NCBI GenBank assembly: GCA_951812995.1
Contig: CATOTD010000002.1
Location: 67,468 to 131,467, forward strand
Direction of reading: 5' to 3'
DNA from: an uncultured Gammaproteobacteria bacterium
Lineage (GTDB): Bacteria > Pseudomonadota > Gammaproteobacteria > Eutrophobiales > Eutrophobiaceae
Length of the DNA: 64,000 nucleotides
A model generated the notes under the pieces. That model saw nothing but the letters and a program-made list of their open reading frames with translations, ran no database searches and was not told the DNA's origin. Shown piece after piece: positions 9,948-21,859 of the stretch; the stretch's first letter is position 1, and each line of letters begins with the position of its first letter. The translations under genes were made by a program, and so were the position numbers.

Positions 9948-10799
9948 ATGAATCAGCTAACAAACCTACAATTTGCATTGCCCACAGGATCGATAGAATG
10001 TTATATCGCATCGGTCAATCAAATACCCATCCTGTCTCAGGATGAAGAACAAATATTGGCGCGGCATCTGCGCGATGAAGGCGATCTTGAGGCAGCGCGC
10101 CGCTTGGTCTTATCACATTTGCGCTTTGTCGTAAAAATTGCGCGCGGCTACAACGGCTATGGTCTGCCACAAGCCGATCTAATCCAAGAAGGCAATATCG
10201 GTCTGATGAAGGCCATCAAACGCTTTGACCCCAATGTTGGTGTTCGACTTGTGTCGTTTGCCGTACATTGGATACGTGCTGAAATGCACGAATTTATTCT
10301 TAAAAACTGGCGCATTGTAAAAATCGCGACCACCAAGGCCCAACGCAAACTATTTTTCAATCTGCGTTCTTCTAAAAAACGATTAGGTTGGTTAGATCAG
10401 CATGAAGTTGATGAAATTGCAGAGACCTTGGGCGTGAAACCTAGCGATGTTGTGGAAATGGAAAAACGCATGGGTAATTACGATGCGTCTTTCGATGGAT
10501 TTGATAGTGATGCCGATGACGACTCAATCTGTACACCATCTTACTATCTTAAGAACAAAACGGCCGGCCCGGAAGCGTTTATCGAAGCTGCCGAATGCGA
10601 CGGCGAGCGTCGCACAGGTTTGCATAAGGCATTAGCGTTGCTTGATGACCGCAGCAAAGACATCATTACGAGACGCTGGTTGGCAGAAGACAAGGCGACC
10701 CTGCATGAACTTGCCGCCATCCATGCTGTCTCTGCAGAGCGCATAAGGCAAATAGAAAACAACGCAATGAAGAAATTGCGCGCGGCCCTCGCTACATAA
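9948..10799 (+). CDS. rpoH: RNA polymerase sigma-32
   Basis: RpoH box QRKLFFNLR, DLIQEGNIGLMKA, VSAERIRQIE. Confidence 0.97.
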   Translation: MNQLTNLQFALPTGSIECYIASVNQIPILSQDEEQILARHLRDEGDLEAARRLVLSHLRFVVKIARGYNGYGLPQADLIQEGNIGLMKAIKRFDPNVGVRLVSFAVHWIRAEMHEFILKNWRIVKIATTKAQRKLFFNLRSSKKRLGWLDQHEVDEIAETLGVKPSDVVEMEKRMGNYDASFDGFDSDADDDSICTPSYYLKNKTAGPEAFIEAAECDGERRTGLHKALALLDDRSKDIITRRWLAEDKATLHELAAIHAVSAERIRQIENNAMKKLRAALAT

Positions 10800-10934
10800 C
10801 CGCAGTCGCGGCCTCTGTGGCCAGGCCACCTTAACCGCCCCACGGTCACATCAGCCCATGCTTTCTACAAACGTGCGCGTCATAGTTATGGCGTGCATGG
10901 GCAAGCATTAGGTATTAGGCAATGAATGCGTAAC

Positions 10935-11750
10935 TTAAAAATTTCTTTCTCTCTTGATAGTCTCGTACGCTGTTCTTATTTCATGGGTGCGGTCGGTTGC
11001 CACTTTCATCATTTCTTCCGGCAGACCTTTTGCGACCAGTTTATCGGGGTGATGTTGGCTTAGCAGGCGACGGTAGGCCTTCTTGATTTCACTCGTGCTG
11101 GCAGATTCTTTGATACCCAGTATGCTGTAGGCTTGCTGCAAAGAGGGGCCACCCTTATTTCCCGCACGGGAGGCACCCTCCATACCACCAATCATTGCCG
11201 AGAGGTGATCAAACGTATGTTTTGAGATATTCAGCATCTTACAGATATTTAATAAGACACGGCGTTCTGCCGGATCCATAACACCGTCGGCATAGGCGGC
11301 CATAATCTGTATCTCAATAAACATGCGCAACAAATTGGGCTTAAAACCTATCTCTTGTTTGAATTGTTTGAGTACAGCATTTAACGGGAAGGTATCTTTT
11401 TTGCCTTCATTAAATAAGCGTATGGCCGCTTTGCGCTGTGACTCAACGAGGTTCATTTGCTGCATGACTTGTTTGGCAAGTACAATTTCGCTGTCGGTAA
11501 CGTGTCCATCGGCCTTGCAAACATGACCCATTACCGAGAAGGTTGTGGTGTAGAACAGGGTCTGAATACGTTCTCGTCCACCTCGCGGGAAAGGGATGAC
11601 ATTATCCTCTTGCCCGAAGCCCGTTCGATTTGCAGATTGCGATAGGCCCTTATCAAAGTTATGCCCCATGGCAGCACCGAGCACGGCCCCGATAGGCCCA
11701 CCTATCATCATGCCAAAGGCACCCCCTAAAATTTTCCCCCACCAACTCAT
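10935..11750 (-). CDS. djlA: co-chaperone DjlA
   Basis: N-terminal WGKILGG membrane anchor, KADG TerB-like domain, J domain HHPDKL. Confidence 0.95.
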   Translation of the reverse strand: MSWWGKILGGAFGMMIGGPIGAVLGAAMGHNFDKGLSQSANRTGFGQEDNVIPFPRGGRERIQTLFYTTTFSVMGHVCKADGHVTDSEIVLAKQVMQQMNLVESQRKAAIRLFNEGKKDTFPLNAVLKQFKQEIGFKPNLLRMFIEIQIMAAYADGVMDPAERRVLLNICKMLNISKHTFDHLSAMIGGMEGASRAGNKGGPSLQQAYSILGIKESASTSEIKKAYRRLLSQHHPDKLVAKGLPEEMMKVATDRTHEIRTAYETIKRERNF

Positions 11751-11871
11751 TTCATTCCCCTGTAATAAAAAATAGCCATTAACTCAATGCCATAACGATC
11801 CGTTATAATGCCGCTTTTTTATCGGCCTGGCACGCTAAAATCACATTAACCCCCTATGCACGGTAATCATC

Positions 11872-12702
11872 ATGGCTACAAATAATAAAAAGCACCGCGG
11901 AAAACCATCAACACCCACAATGGCCGATCGGGCGGATAAATATATCTGTTATGAGGCATCCGTCCAATGTGTTGAAGCAGAGATTGATTTCGTCGATGCG
12001 ACCTTTTTTGAACTCCGCAAGCGCCGCGCCCAGCGTCTGCGAGAAGATTTTTGTGGAACGGCGAATACATCCTGTGAGTGGGTACGGCGGCGGCGCACCA
12101 ATACCGCCATCAGTGTTGATCGTGATCTGTCAGTGCTTGATTGGAGCAAACAAAACAAGGTAGCCAAGCTACCGCCCGGGCCGGCAAAGCGGCTGACGAT
12201 GGTCAATGGTGACGTACTAAAAATAAAAACGGATCCGGTTGATATGGTGTTAGCCATGAATTTCAGTTATTGGCTTTTGCTGGAACGCCGCGCCACCATT
12301 CGGTATTTTAAGCGGGTTCGGGACGCATTGGTTGATGACGGGATATTTTTCCTGGATGCGTATGGCGGTTATGAGGCCTTTCAGGAAGTGACCGAAGAGA
12401 CCCAGAACGAAACTTGTACCTATATATGGGAGCAATATAAATACAGCCCGGTGACCGGCATTGCTAAAAACTACATCCACTTCAAGTTTGAAGATGGCTC
12501 CGAGATGAGGCGGGCTTTTGCTTATGACTGGCGGGTCTGGACCTTGCCAGAGTTAACCGACATGCTGTCTGTCGCTGGTTTTAAGCCGACTGTGTACTGG
12601 GAGCAAACAGATGCCGCGGGTGAGGGTAATGGTGTTTTTGAGCCTGAGACCGAAGGTGAGGCAGATGCGGGATGGATTGCTTACCTGGTTGCCGAGAAGT
12701 AG
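11872..12702 (+). CDS. class I SAM-dependent methyltransferase
   Basis: LREDFCGTA motif I, acidic motif II, NFSYW. Confidence 0.8.
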   Translation: MATNNKKHRGKPSTPTMADRADKYICYEASVQCVEAEIDFVDATFFELRKRRAQRLREDFCGTANTSCEWVRRRRTNTAISVDRDLSVLDWSKQNKVAKLPPGPAKRLTMVNGDVLKIKTDPVDMVLAMNFSYWLLLERRATIRYFKRVRDALVDDGIFFLDAYGGYEAFQEVTEETQNETCTYIWEQYKYSPVTGIAKNYIHFKFEDGSEMRRAFAYDWRVWTLPELTDMLSVAGFKPTVYWEQTDAAGEGNGVFEPETEGEADAGWIAYLVAEK

Positions 12703-12723
12703 CGCAACTACTTGACAAGGGCC

Positions 12724-12782
12724 CGGTTGAAGTCGGTCGGAGCTGGTCGAGGTTGGTCGGAGTCGGGCCGAGGCCGATCGAA
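12724..12782. repeat. degenerate ~10-bp G-rich array related to the 6830 array
   Basis: GTCGGTCGGA GCTGGTCGAG GTTGGTCGGA GTCGGGCCGA. Confidence 0.65.
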
Positions 12783-12818
12783 GCGTGTCTGCTGAACGGG
12801 GATCATTTAAGGTCTTTT

Positions 12819-12836
12819 TTGTAATGAAGCTGTAAT
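12819..12836 (+). promoter_or_regulatory. Pho box upstream of phoB
   Basis: TTGTAAT-N4-CTGTAAT, 11-bp period. Confidence 0.75.
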
Positions 12837-12863
12837 ATTATTCTTTTCTAATACACCGCAGGC

Positions 12864-13577
12864 ATGAGTCGCACATTGCATAAAACAAAAGCAACAATAC
12901 TGATCGTCGAAGACGAGGCGGCGATTCGCGCCATGCTGGACTATGCCTTGACGCAACAAGGTCTCCATTGTGTTGCAGCGGCCGCTGTCGAAGAGGCAAA
13001 GAGGATAATAGAGGCAACCCCGCCCGATCTTATATTACTGGACTGGATGTTGCCCGGCATGAGTGGCATCGACTATGCGCGACGTTTACGTAGCACCTCG
13101 GCAACACAAGACATCCCGATCATAATGTTGACGGCAAAAGGTGAAGAGGCAGATAAGGTGATAGCGCTTGATGCGGGTGCCGATGATTACGTGACTAAAC
13201 CCTTCTCAACCAAGGAGTTGATCGCACGGGTCAATGCGGTGCTGAGACGCTATGCCGATGCGAATGAGGCGGGTGTGATCAATGTCAATGGGCTGGTGCT
13301 GGATCCGTATACTTATCGTGTCACGGTGGATGATCAGGTTATCGGCATGACGGCCACCGAGTTTAAATTACTGCATTTCTTTATCACACATCCGGAACGG
13401 GTGTATAGTCGGTCGCAGATACTGGATCAAGTTTGGGGTGAGCATATTTACGTTGAAGAACGTACGGTCGATGTGCATATTCGCAGGCTGAGAAAAAAAC
13501 TGGAGTCGGAGTCATTTAATTTTGATAAATTTATACGGACTGTTCGCAGTGTTGGTTATTTTTTTTCCACCCGTTAA
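12864..13577 (+). CDS. phoB: phosphate regulon response regulator
   Basis: LLDWMLPG, GADDYVTKPFS, VEERTVDVHIRRLRK. Confidence 0.96.
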   Translation: MSRTLHKTKATILIVEDEAAIRAMLDYALTQQGLHCVAAAAVEEAKRIIEATPPDLILLDWMLPGMSGIDYARRLRSTSATQDIPIIMLTAKGEEADKVIALDAGADDYVTKPFSTKELIARVNAVLRRYADANEAGVINVNGLVLDPYTYRVTVDDQVIGMTATEFKLLHFFITHPERVYSRSQILDQVWGEHIYVEERTVDVHIRRLRKKLESESFNFDKFIRTVRSVGYFFSTR

Positions 13578-13586
13578 GGCAACACT

Positions 13587-14903
13587 ATGAAGTATGACAT
13601 CTGGCGTTTTATAGGCGTTCTCTTTCTTGGTGGCCTGGCCGGGATTGTCTTTAATCACGTCTTCTTATGCCTCATTGTCGGCTTATTGTTTTATATTTGG
13701 TGGCAATACAGAGAGTTCGTAAAAATACTGTTATGGCTGAAGAGGAGACACGAGGCCAGCAGTCCTTCGCAAGCCGGTATTGTTGATGAGATTTGCCGTG
13801 AAATTGATTATCTGCGCGATAGAAATAAATCACGTAAATTAAAACTCTCCGGCTACTTAAAACGCTTTCAGAAAGGCACGGGCGCGTTGCCAGATGCGGT
13901 TATTATTCTGGGTGAGCAAGGTGAAATAGAATGGGCGAATGCCAAGGCACAAGAATACATGGGTGTACACTGGCCAAAAGACGGCGGTTTGCGTTTATCT
14001 AATCTGGTACGTTATCCAACCTTAATTAAATACCTTGATGCCAGTAACGCTGAATTGGAAAAAGACCTACAAATCACGTCTCCTGTCAATCTAAAACGCG
14101 TGCTTGAGATACGCATTTCGCCGTACGGTGAAACACAAAAATTATTTGTCGCAAGAGACGTTACCGCAATTTCACGCACGAACCAGATGCGTAAGGATTT
14201 TATCATGAATGCCTCGCATGAATTGCGTACGCCATTGACAGTGCTGTCGGGCTATCTTGAAGGGTTTGTCGATGATCCAAAATGTCCGGAACAATGGATT
14301 GAGTATATAAAGCAAATGCGACTACACACAACCCGTATGCAACGTTTGATAGAAGATCTTATGCATCTCTCCAGTCTCGAAGCAAATGTTGGAAAAAGCG
14401 AACATGCTGTTATTTTTGTGCCCGATATGTTGCTTACAATAGCAAATGAAGCACGTGCGCTCAGCGGTTTTATGGATCATGAAATCACGCTTGATGTGGA
14501 TAACGATTTGTATCTGAATGCCAATCAGCATGAACTATACAGTGTATTTTCCAACCTGGTATTTAATGCGGTGCAATACACGCCAGAGCAAGGGCGTATT
14601 GCATTAAAATGGTATGCAGATGATGCCGGGGCACATTTTTGTGTGCATGACAACGGGACTGGCATCGCGCCTCAGCACATTCCAAGATTAACCGAACGTT
14701 TCTATCGCGTTGATGTAGGGCGTTCCAGAGAGAAAGGCGGCACGGGTCTGGGGCTTGCTATCGTCAAGCATGTGTTGGCACGATATGATGGCAAATTGTT
14801 TATCGAGAGTCATCTTGATAAAGGTAGCTTATTCCGTTGCGATTTACCAAAATCATGTGTAGTCAACGCCGAGACTATTAGCCAGAAAACCTTAAGCGCT
14901 TGA
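13587..14903 (+). CDS. phoR: phosphate regulon sensor kinase
   Basis: ASHELRTPLTV, RLTERFYRVD, GGTGLGLAIVKH. Confidence 0.96.
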   Translation: MKYDIWRFIGVLFLGGLAGIVFNHVFLCLIVGLLFYIWWQYREFVKILLWLKRRHEASSPSQAGIVDEICREIDYLRDRNKSRKLKLSGYLKRFQKGTGALPDAVIILGEQGEIEWANAKAQEYMGVHWPKDGGLRLSNLVRYPTLIKYLDASNAELEKDLQITSPVNLKRVLEIRISPYGETQKLFVARDVTAISRTNQMRKDFIMNASHELRTPLTVLSGYLEGFVDDPKCPEQWIEYIKQMRLHTTRMQRLIEDLMHLSSLEANVGKSEHAVIFVPDMLLTIANEARALSGFMDHEITLDVDNDLYLNANQHELYSVFSNLVFNAVQYTPEQGRIALKWYADDAGAHFCVHDNGTGIAPQHIPRLTERFYRVDVGRSREKGGTGLGLAIVKHVLARYDGKLFIESHLDKGSLFRCDLPKSCVVNAETISQKTLSA

Positions 14904-14926
14904 ATGCGCCAGATTTATAGTTTTAG

Positions 14927-14966
14927 GTGTCACGAAACTTTAATACTTTTGTCATCACATTGTCAT
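14927..14966 (+). promoter_or_regulatory. tandem Pho boxes upstream of pstS
   Basis: Four half-sites at 11-bp spacing: GTGTCAC 14927, CTTTAAT 14938, TTGTCAT 14949, TTGTCAT 14960. Confidence 0.85.
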
Positions 14967-15022
14967 TTTATTATTCAATAATAGTTTTTTCATATTATAT
15001 TTTTCAAAGGAGATAAACGTTG

Positions 15023-16015
15023 ATGATTAACAAAAAATGCTTTGCAATACTACTTATGTTATCTGCACTAATGCCACTGCACGCCGTGGCGGCAGACAAG
15101 ATTGATGCGGGTTTGCCAGCGTATGTGAAGGCGAGTGGTGTATCTGGCAATATCAGCAGTATAGGCTCTGATACACTGGCAAATTTAATGACACTCTGGG
15201 CCGAAGCGTTCAAACAACTCTACCCAAACGTCAATATTCAGATCCAGGCCGCAGGTTCTTCTACCGCCCCTCCGGCGTTGACTGAGGGCACCTCAAATTT
15301 TGGCCCCATGAGTCGCAAAATGAAGGACAAGGAGCTGGCTGCTTTTGAAAGCAAGCATGGCTACAAACCAACCGCTGTTGCTGTCGCTATTGATGCGCTT
15401 GCTGTATTTGTCAACAAGGATAATCCAATTACAGGTCTTTCTATCGCGCAAGTCGATGCCCTCTTTTCGGCAACACGTAAATGTGATTATCCCAATGATA
15501 TTACCGTCTGGGGACAGCTTGGCTTAACGGGTGACTGGGCCCGTCGTCCGATCCAATTGTATGGTCGCAACTCGGTTTCGGGTACCTATGGCTACTTTAA
15601 GAAAAAGGCACTTTGTAAGGGCGACTACAAGGATAGTGTTAATGAGCAACCTGGCTCAGCTTCTGTTGTACAAGGCGTAGCCAAGTCGTTAAACGGCATA
15701 GGTTACTCTGGTATTGGCTACAAGACTTCCGGGGTTAAGGCGGTTGCTTTGGCTCGTAAAGACGGAGATGAGTTTATTCAAGCAACCCTTGCCAATGCCT
15801 CGGCTGGCACCTATCCATTAGCGCGTCTCCTATATGTTTATATAAACAAGCAACCCAATAAACCGCTGGCACCTTTGGAGCGTGAGTTTATAAAAATGAT
15901 TCTTGCAAAAACCGGACAGCGCGTCGTTGTAAAAGATGGTTATATTCCTTTGCCCGCCAAATCAGCTGCCGCGCAATTAGCCAAGCTGGGTCTCGGAGCT
16001 GGTCTTGCGGAATAG
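15023..16015 (+). CDS. pstS: phosphate ABC transporter substrate-binding protein
   Basis: [33 protein letters not shown]; signal peptide. Confidence 0.95.
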   Translation: MINKKCFAILLMLSALMPLHAVAADKIDAGLPAYVKASGVSGNISSIGSDTLANLMTLWAEAFKQLYPNVNIQIQAAGSSTAPPALTEGTSNFGPMSRKMKDKELAAFESKHGYKPTAVAVAIDALAVFVNKDNPITGLSIAQVDALFSATRKCDYPNDITVWGQLGLTGDWARRPIQLYGRNSVSGTYGYFKKKALCKGDYKDSVNEQPGSASVVQGVAKSLNGIGYSGIGYKTSGVKAVALARKDGDEFIQATLANASAGTYPLARLLYVYINKQPNKPLAPLEREFIKMILAKTGQRVVVKDGYIPLPAKSAAAQLAKLGLGAGLAE

Positions 16016-16223
16016 AAAATAGATCATTAAGTCAGTGCTTAATCCTTGCGCACACTGCGACCGTGTGCCAGCATCTTTCATCGCCATGGATGGCGATAGC
16101 GTAAGGTTTGCCGCCGTTGCCGTTACATTGCCCACCAATAAATAGTACGGGCGTTGCAATAAGATCGTATCGCCTTATTATGCCAACTGTAAGATTGTCA
16201 TAAACCCATTCTAAAATGACTGC

Positions 16224-18506
16224 ATGGATAAAAATGAGATTATTACTGATGTTCTGAGCCATGATTTTAATTCAAAATCGGCTCGATATTATCGTAAATG
16301 GCGACATATAAAGGATGCGGCGACTCGTTATTTAATGGCGTTCGGTGGTATCAGCGTGATTATGGCCATAGTCTTGATCGCATTTTATTTGCTCTATGTC
16401 GTCATTCCAATGTTTAAGTCGGCCGCGATTGAATCCATAGCGACTTACGCGGTGCCGGGAGCGGCAAATGCCAAGACGCTACTTTATGCCATGGAAGAAC
16501 AGCGCGAAGTCGCCTTGCGTATCAGCGATCAGGGTCAGGCCGTATTTTTCTCAACAAACAACGGCGAGATGCGCAAAACAGTCAATTTTAATATTCCTGA
16601 TGGCGTTGTTGTAACCGCAATAGCAGCCGGCGATCAAACAGAAAAAGTAATTGGTCTTGGTCTGTCAGATGGTAGCGTTTTACTTTTTCAACATACTTAT
16701 GATGTCTCTTATCCTAACGATGTGCGCTTAATTACACCTAATATCATATTCCCCTATGGCGAGGCACCGATTCAGATTAATGGTATTGGTGAACCGGTGA
16801 CCGAGCTTAGTGTTCAATATGATGGCGAGCGGGCTACATTGGTGGCACATGGCAATCATGCAGCAATAAACCTTGTCAGTTTTGTTAAAGAAGAATCCAT
16901 GTTGAGTGACGATGTAGAAATCACACGTGAAAAAAGTGTCATTTTAATCGAAATGGAAAAAATTATTGATTTAAGACTGGATATTGAACAACGTGAGCTG
17001 TATGTCGCTGATACGCCCGGTAATATTTATTATTACAACGTAAGTAAAAAGACCGCACCGCGACTCATGCAAAAGGTAAGGGCAGTGGCAGGTAATGCCG
17101 AAATAACTGCATTGGAATTCCTTGCTGGTGGCATCTCAATTCTGGTCGGCGACACCAATGGTCGGATCGCGCAGTGGTTTCCAGTCAGGGATGATGACAA
17201 TAACTACACCTTACAGAAAATACGCACCTTCGATAAACAAAAAGCACCGATTACCGCGATCGCGGCAGAACATGCACGCAAGGGATTCGCTGCCATAGAT
17301 GCCAGCGGCCAGATGGGTCTTTACCACACCACTGCACACCGCACCGTCTTGCTTGAAAAAATAGATGGACATGCGCTAAATACAATCAGTATCGCGCCTC
17401 GTGCGAATGCCGTATTAGTTGAAAATGACAAAGGTCAAATACAATTTTGGTATGTACATAACGAGCATCCGGAAATTTCCTGGCAGTCAGTATGGGGCAA
17501 GGTCTGGTATGAAAGTCGTGGCCAGCCAGAATATGTCTGGCAATCGTCTTCGGCCAGTAGTGATTTTGAACCCAAGTTCAGTCTGACACCATTGGCTTAT
17601 GGCACGTTTAAGGCGGCATTTTATGCCATGCTGTTTGCGGTGCCACTGGCCATATTGGGTGCCATGTATACGGCTTATTTTATGGCACCCAAAATGCGAC
17701 AAGTGGTCAAACCAACGATTGAAATCATGGAAGCACTGCCGACCGTTATTCTGGGGTTTCTGGCCGGTTTGTGGTTGGCACCGTTTGTTGAACTGCATCT
17801 ACCGGGCGTGTTCATCATGATGTTTTTCGTACCATTCGGCATTTTATTGGCCGCTGCGATCTGGGATTTTTTTCCTGATAATATTAAACATAAACTACCC
17901 GCGGGTTGGGAAGCGGCCTTGTTAATACCGGTAGTCATCATCGCCGCGGCCCTTTCAATTAAACTTAGTCAACCGGTTGAGAATCTGTTGTTTGCGGGCA
18001 ATCTACCCCTTTGGTTGAGCCAGGAAATGGGGATCACGTATGATCAACGAAACTCCATGGTGGTTGGTCTGGCAATGGGCTTTGCGGTAATCCCGACAAT
18101 ATTTTCTATTAGCGAAGATGCGATCTATGGTGTGCCGAAGCATTTAACGACCGGTTCACTGGCACTCGGTGCCACCGCCTGGCAGACCATGGTGCGGGTT
18201 GTTTTATTAACCGCAAGCCCGGGGATATTTTCTGCTGTTATGATCGGGTTGGGTCGCGCTGTTGGGGAGACGATGATCGTCGTCATGGCAACAGGTAATA
18301 CCGCCATCATGGACATGAGTATCTTTGAAGGATTTCGGGCCTTGTCAGCAAATATAGCGGTAGAGATGCCAGAAACAGAAGTAGACAGTACGCATTATCG
18401 AATTTTATTTCTAGGTGCGTTCGTCCTGTTTGTGGTGACCTTCTTTTTCAATACGATTGCTGAAGTTGTGCGCCAGCGCTTGCGTACAAAATACAGCTCG
18501 CTCTGA
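16224..18506 (+). CDS. pstC: phosphate ABC permease, long form with periplasmic domain
   Basis: KPTIEIMEALPTVILG, GRAVGETMIV; operon position. Confidence 0.92.
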   Translation: MDKNEIITDVLSHDFNSKSARYYRKWRHIKDAATRYLMAFGGISVIMAIVLIAFYLLYVVIPMFKSAAIESIATYAVPGAANAKTLLYAMEEQREVALRISDQGQAVFFSTNNGEMRKTVNFNIPDGVVVTAIAAGDQTEKVIGLGLSDGSVLLFQHTYDVSYPNDVRLITPNIIFPYGEAPIQINGIGEPVTELSVQYDGERATLVAHGNHAAINLVSFVKEESMLSDDVEITREKSVILIEMEKIIDLRLDIEQRELYVADTPGNIYYYNVSKKTAPRLMQKVRAVAGNAEITALEFLAGGISILVGDTNGRIAQWFPVRDDDNNYTLQKIRTFDKQKAPITAIAAEHARKGFAAIDASGQMGLYHTTAHRTVLLEKIDGHALNTISIAPRANAVLVENDKGQIQFWYVHNEHPEISWQSVWGKVWYESRGQPEYVWQSSSASSDFEPKFSLTPLAYGTFKAAFYAMLFAVPLAILGAMYTAYFMAPKMRQVVKPTIEIMEALPTVILGFLAGLWLAPFVELHLPGVFIMMFFVPFGILLAAAIWDFFPDNIKHKLPAGWEAALLIPVVIIAAALSIKLSQPVENLLFAGNLPLWLSQEMGITYDQRNSMVVGLAMGFAVIPTIFSISEDAIYGVPKHLTTGSLALGATAWQTMVRVVLLTASPGIFSAVMIGLGRAVGETMIVVMATGNTAIMDMSIFEGFRALSANIAVEMPETEVDSTHYRILFLGAFVLFVVTFFFNTIAEVVRQRLRTKYSSL

Positions 18507-20164
18507 TGCAATCAAAAATAAAAAACTGGCTTGATTCAGGTGCCCCCTTTGTTTGGTTAAACGCGGGTGCGGTTTCTGTTTCTGTCGTCATGGTGGTTGG
18601 CTTGATCGCGTTGATTGCCGTACGCGGTTTGGGCCATTTTTGGCCGTCCGATATTGCCGTGTTTGATTATGCCTTTGCACCAGATAGCGAAAGCAGTCAG
18701 TTGATGGGCGAGTTCATTGATGAAGAAACCGTCTTGCGCGCACGCGCCGGTAATCCTGCTTACGCGGGCGCGACCATCAAACGACATTTGCTCAAGACCG
18801 GTAACAGAGATATATCGGGACTTGATTTTAGTTGGATATTGGATGCCGGGATAAAGCATAAAACGTACCCTGATGATGCAATGGTTGTTGAGCGTCGTGA
18901 GTGGGGAAATTTTTATGGCTTTCTAAACAGCGTGCAATTAGATGGCCATAACTTGCAGAACAATGCAACGCTTTGGGCTACCTTAGAGCAGGCAATAACA
19001 CAAAACAATGCGGTCTTTGATGAGATTAGATATATCGAAAAAAATCTGATTGGCGGCATCAACTATAAAATGGAAAAACTGCGCCTTAAAGAGCGTGAAT
19101 TGGTATTAAAAGAAGAAAATACGCCTGTAAATTTACAAGCGCTGATCGCGCAACGGGAAGCGTTGCAACTTGCATACAATAGTCATACTGCTACATTAGA
19201 GACGCTTTACGCTACCTTAAACAGTGCCAGCCTTACCGCCACAACGGCTGATGGGCAAGCAGTCAGTATTGCGCTGTCTAAAGTGATTCGGGTTTACCGG
19301 CCAAATGCGATGAGTTTGCCGGATAAAGTCCTGTTCTATTTTGAGAAGTTTTGGGAGTTTCTAACAGATGATCCACGCGAGGCCAATACGGAGGGTGGCA
19401 TCTTTCCAGCCATATTTGGTACGGTGTTAATGGTGATAATCATGGCCGTCATAGTAACGCCGTTTGGTGTTATTGCGGCGGTTTATTTGCGTGAGTACGC
19501 AACTCAAAATCTGATTACACGCCTCATACGGATTGCCGTTAATAATCTTGCGGGTGTGCCGTCTGTGGTTTACGGGGTGTTTGGTCTTGGCTTTTTTGTT
19601 TATTTTCTAGGCGGATCAATCGATCAATTATTTTTTCCTGAATCATTACCGGCACCAAAATTTGGCACGCCTGGGCTGTTATGGGCCTCGTTGACACTTG
19701 CCATATTGACGGTGCCGGTTGTTATTGTCGCAACCGAAGAAGGGTTGTCGCGTGTACCGCGCGCCATTCGCGAAGGCAGTTTGGCATTAGGCGCGACCAA
19801 GGCCGAGACCCTGTGGCGTACTGTTTTACCGATGACGACACCCGCTATGATTACCGGTTTGATCTTGGCTGTAGCCAGAGCAGCGGGTGAAGTGGCACCG
19901 TTGATGTTGGTCGGCGTGGTTAAGCTCGCGCCCTCACTGGGGGTCGATGGTAATGCGCCATTTTTACATCTGGATAGAAAATTCATGCACCTTGGCTTTC
20001 ATATTTATGATGTGGGTTTTCAGAGCCCGAATGTTGAGGCGGCACAGCCGTTAGTCTATGCCACAGCCCTGTTACTGGTCGTATTGATTATCATTTTAAA
20101 TCTGACAGCTATACGAATTCGTAATAGTCTAAGAGAGAAATATCGCGCAGCAGAACAAACCTGA
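18506..20164 (+). CDS. pstA: phosphate ABC permease
   Basis: [21 protein letters not shown]. Confidence 0.94.
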   Translation: MQSKIKNWLDSGAPFVWLNAGAVSVSVVMVVGLIALIAVRGLGHFWPSDIAVFDYAFAPDSESSQLMGEFIDEETVLRARAGNPAYAGATIKRHLLKTGNRDISGLDFSWILDAGIKHKTYPDDAMVVERREWGNFYGFLNSVQLDGHNLQNNATLWATLEQAITQNNAVFDEIRYIEKNLIGGINYKMEKLRLKERELVLKEENTPVNLQALIAQREALQLAYNSHTATLETLYATLNSASLTATTADGQAVSIALSKVIRVYRPNAMSLPDKVLFYFEKFWEFLTDDPREANTEGGIFPAIFGTVLMVIIMAVIVTPFGVIAAVYLREYATQNLITRLIRIAVNNLAGVPSVVYGVFGLGFFVYFLGGSIDQLFFPESLPAPKFGTPGLLWASLTLAILTVPVVIVATEEGLSRVPRAIREGSLALGATKAETLWRTVLPMTTPAMITGLILAVARAAGEVAPLMLVGVVKLAPSLGVDGNAPFLHLDRKFMHLGFHIYDVGFQSPNVEAAQPLVYATALLLVVLIIILNLTAIRIRNSLREKYRAAEQT

Positions 20165-20165
20165 T

Positions 20166-21050
20166 ATGGCGGCTGAAAAAATTGAAAAATACGCAGAGGA
20201 TATTGCCGTGACTGAATCAAGCACAGCCACACGTACACATGCTATCGACATGAACAACATCGTCGATACGGCGGTTGATATGAAACTTGCCAACGAAAAA
20301 ACATGTATTGCGGTAAGCAATTTCAGTTTGTTTTATAGCGGCAAGCAAGCGTTGAAAAATATTAGCCTGACGATACCCGAGAAACGGGCGACTGCATTTA
20401 TCGGCCCTAGTGGTTGTGGTAAATCGACATTATTGCGCTGTTTTAACCGGATGAACGATCTCATTGAGGGTGTGACTACAGCAGGCAACATCAAGTTAGA
20501 AGGCAATGACATTTTCGATAAGAGTATAAATGTGGCTGATTTGCGCCGCCGCGTGGGCATGGTTTTTCAAAAACCCAACCCGTTTCCAAAATCAATTTAT
20601 GAGAACGTGGCCTATGGCTTGCGTATTCAAGGGATAAAAGATCGCCGGACTATCGATACGGTCGTGGAAAAATCATTGCGCGGTGCGGCACTGTGGGATG
20701 AAGTTAAAGATCGGCTGGAAGATTTAGCGATGGGGTTGTCGGGTGGCCAACAACAACGACTGGTGATAGCGCGTGCGATTGCGATTGAGCCAGAAGTCAT
20801 CTTGTTAGATGAGCCAGCCTCCGCATTGGACCCCGTCTCAACCTTAAAGATTGAAGAATTGATTTATGGATTAAAAGATAAATATACTATTGTGATTGTG
20901 ACACATAATATGCAGCAAGCTGCGCGTGTATCAGACTATACGACCTATATGTATATGGGCGAGATGATCGAGTTTAATGACACGAGTACATTATTTACTA
21001 ATCCACATAAGAAGATGACGGAAGATTATATTACCGGACGTTATGGATAA
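20166..21050 (+). CDS. pstB: phosphate ABC ATPase
   Basis: [33 protein letters not shown]. Confidence 0.96.
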   Translation: MAAEKIEKYAEDIAVTESSTATRTHAIDMNNIVDTAVDMKLANEKTCIAVSNFSLFYSGKQALKNISLTIPEKRATAFIGPSGCGKSTLLRCFNRMNDLIEGVTTAGNIKLEGNDIFDKSINVADLRRRVGMVFQKPNPFPKSIYENVAYGLRIQGIKDRRTIDTVVEKSLRGAALWDEVKDRLEDLAMGLSGGQQQRLVIARAIAIEPEVILLDEPASALDPVSTLKIEELIYGLKDKYTIVIVTHNMQQAARVSDYTTYMYMGEMIEFNDTSTLFTNPHKKMTEDYITGRYG

Positions 21051-21074
21051 TATTAGTTATTAGTTATTAGTTAT
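21051..21074. repeat. (TATTAGT)3 tandem repeat abutting the phoU RBS
   Basis: TATTAGT x3 plus TAT, then AGGAGA. Confidence 0.8.
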
Positions 21075-21085
21075 AGGAGAGTCGC

Positions 21086-21799
21086 ATGAGCACGGGCGTA
21101 GTAAGCCACCATATTTCAAAACAGTTCGATGATGAATTAGAGCGTATTCGCACCACGGTATTTGCCATGGGTGGGTTGGTTGAGCAACAGCTCAATAACG
21201 CGCTTAAATCACTTATCGATGGTGATATAGATCTTGGCAATACAGTTATTGAAACGGAAGTCCAGGTTAATTCCTATGATGTATCGATTGATCAGGAGTG
21301 TATAAGAATTCTGGCGAGACGCCAGCCTGCGGCCGGTGATCTGAGATTGGTTATGGCGATAACGAAAACGATTACAGATTTAGAACGTGTCGGTGATGAG
21401 GCAGAAAAGATCGCGATGATGGGTATTGGATTAACAGATAAACATGGACTCAAGTCGTATCATGTTGGCATCAATGCAATGGGTAATCTCGTGAGCCAGT
21501 TGTTGCATGGGGCATTAGATGCGTTTGCACGCATGGATTCTAAAAAAGCAGTAGAAGTTGCCGGCAAAGAAGCAGAATCGGATGATCAGTATGGTGCAAT
21601 ACTCCGACAACTCATCACTTATATGATGGAGGATCCACGCAATATCAGTGGTGCGCTCGATGCCGTCTGGGTCGCGCGCGCATTGGAGCGTATTGGTGAT
21701 CACTCACGTAATATTTGTGAGAACATTATTTACCTGGTGGAAGGCGAAGACGTGCGACATAGCAGTATTAAGCACATGGAACAGATTGTTGCAGATTAA
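21086..21799 (+). CDS. phoU: phosphate signalling protein PhoU
   Basis: RRQPAAGDLR, DLERVGD, LERIGDH. Confidence 0.96.
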   Translation: MSTGVVSHHISKQFDDELERIRTTVFAMGGLVEQQLNNALKSLIDGDIDLGNTVIETEVQVNSYDVSIDQECIRILARRQPAAGDLRLVMAITKTITDLERVGDEAEKIAMMGIGLTDKHGLKSYHVGINAMGNLVSQLLHGALDAFARMDSKKAVEVAGKEAESDDQYGAILRQLITYMMEDPRNISGALDAVWVARALERIGDHSRNICENIIYLVEGEDVRHSSIKHMEQIVAD

Positions 21800-21859
21800 C
21801 CCGTATGTTCCTCAAGTGTCGTTCTTATTGGGGAAAAATCACAAAATTGTAATAAATAA

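Noticed and set aside
16224..20164. Unusually long PstC and PstA
   Set aside because: Long forms with periplasmic domains are the known Pseudomonas/Vibrio type
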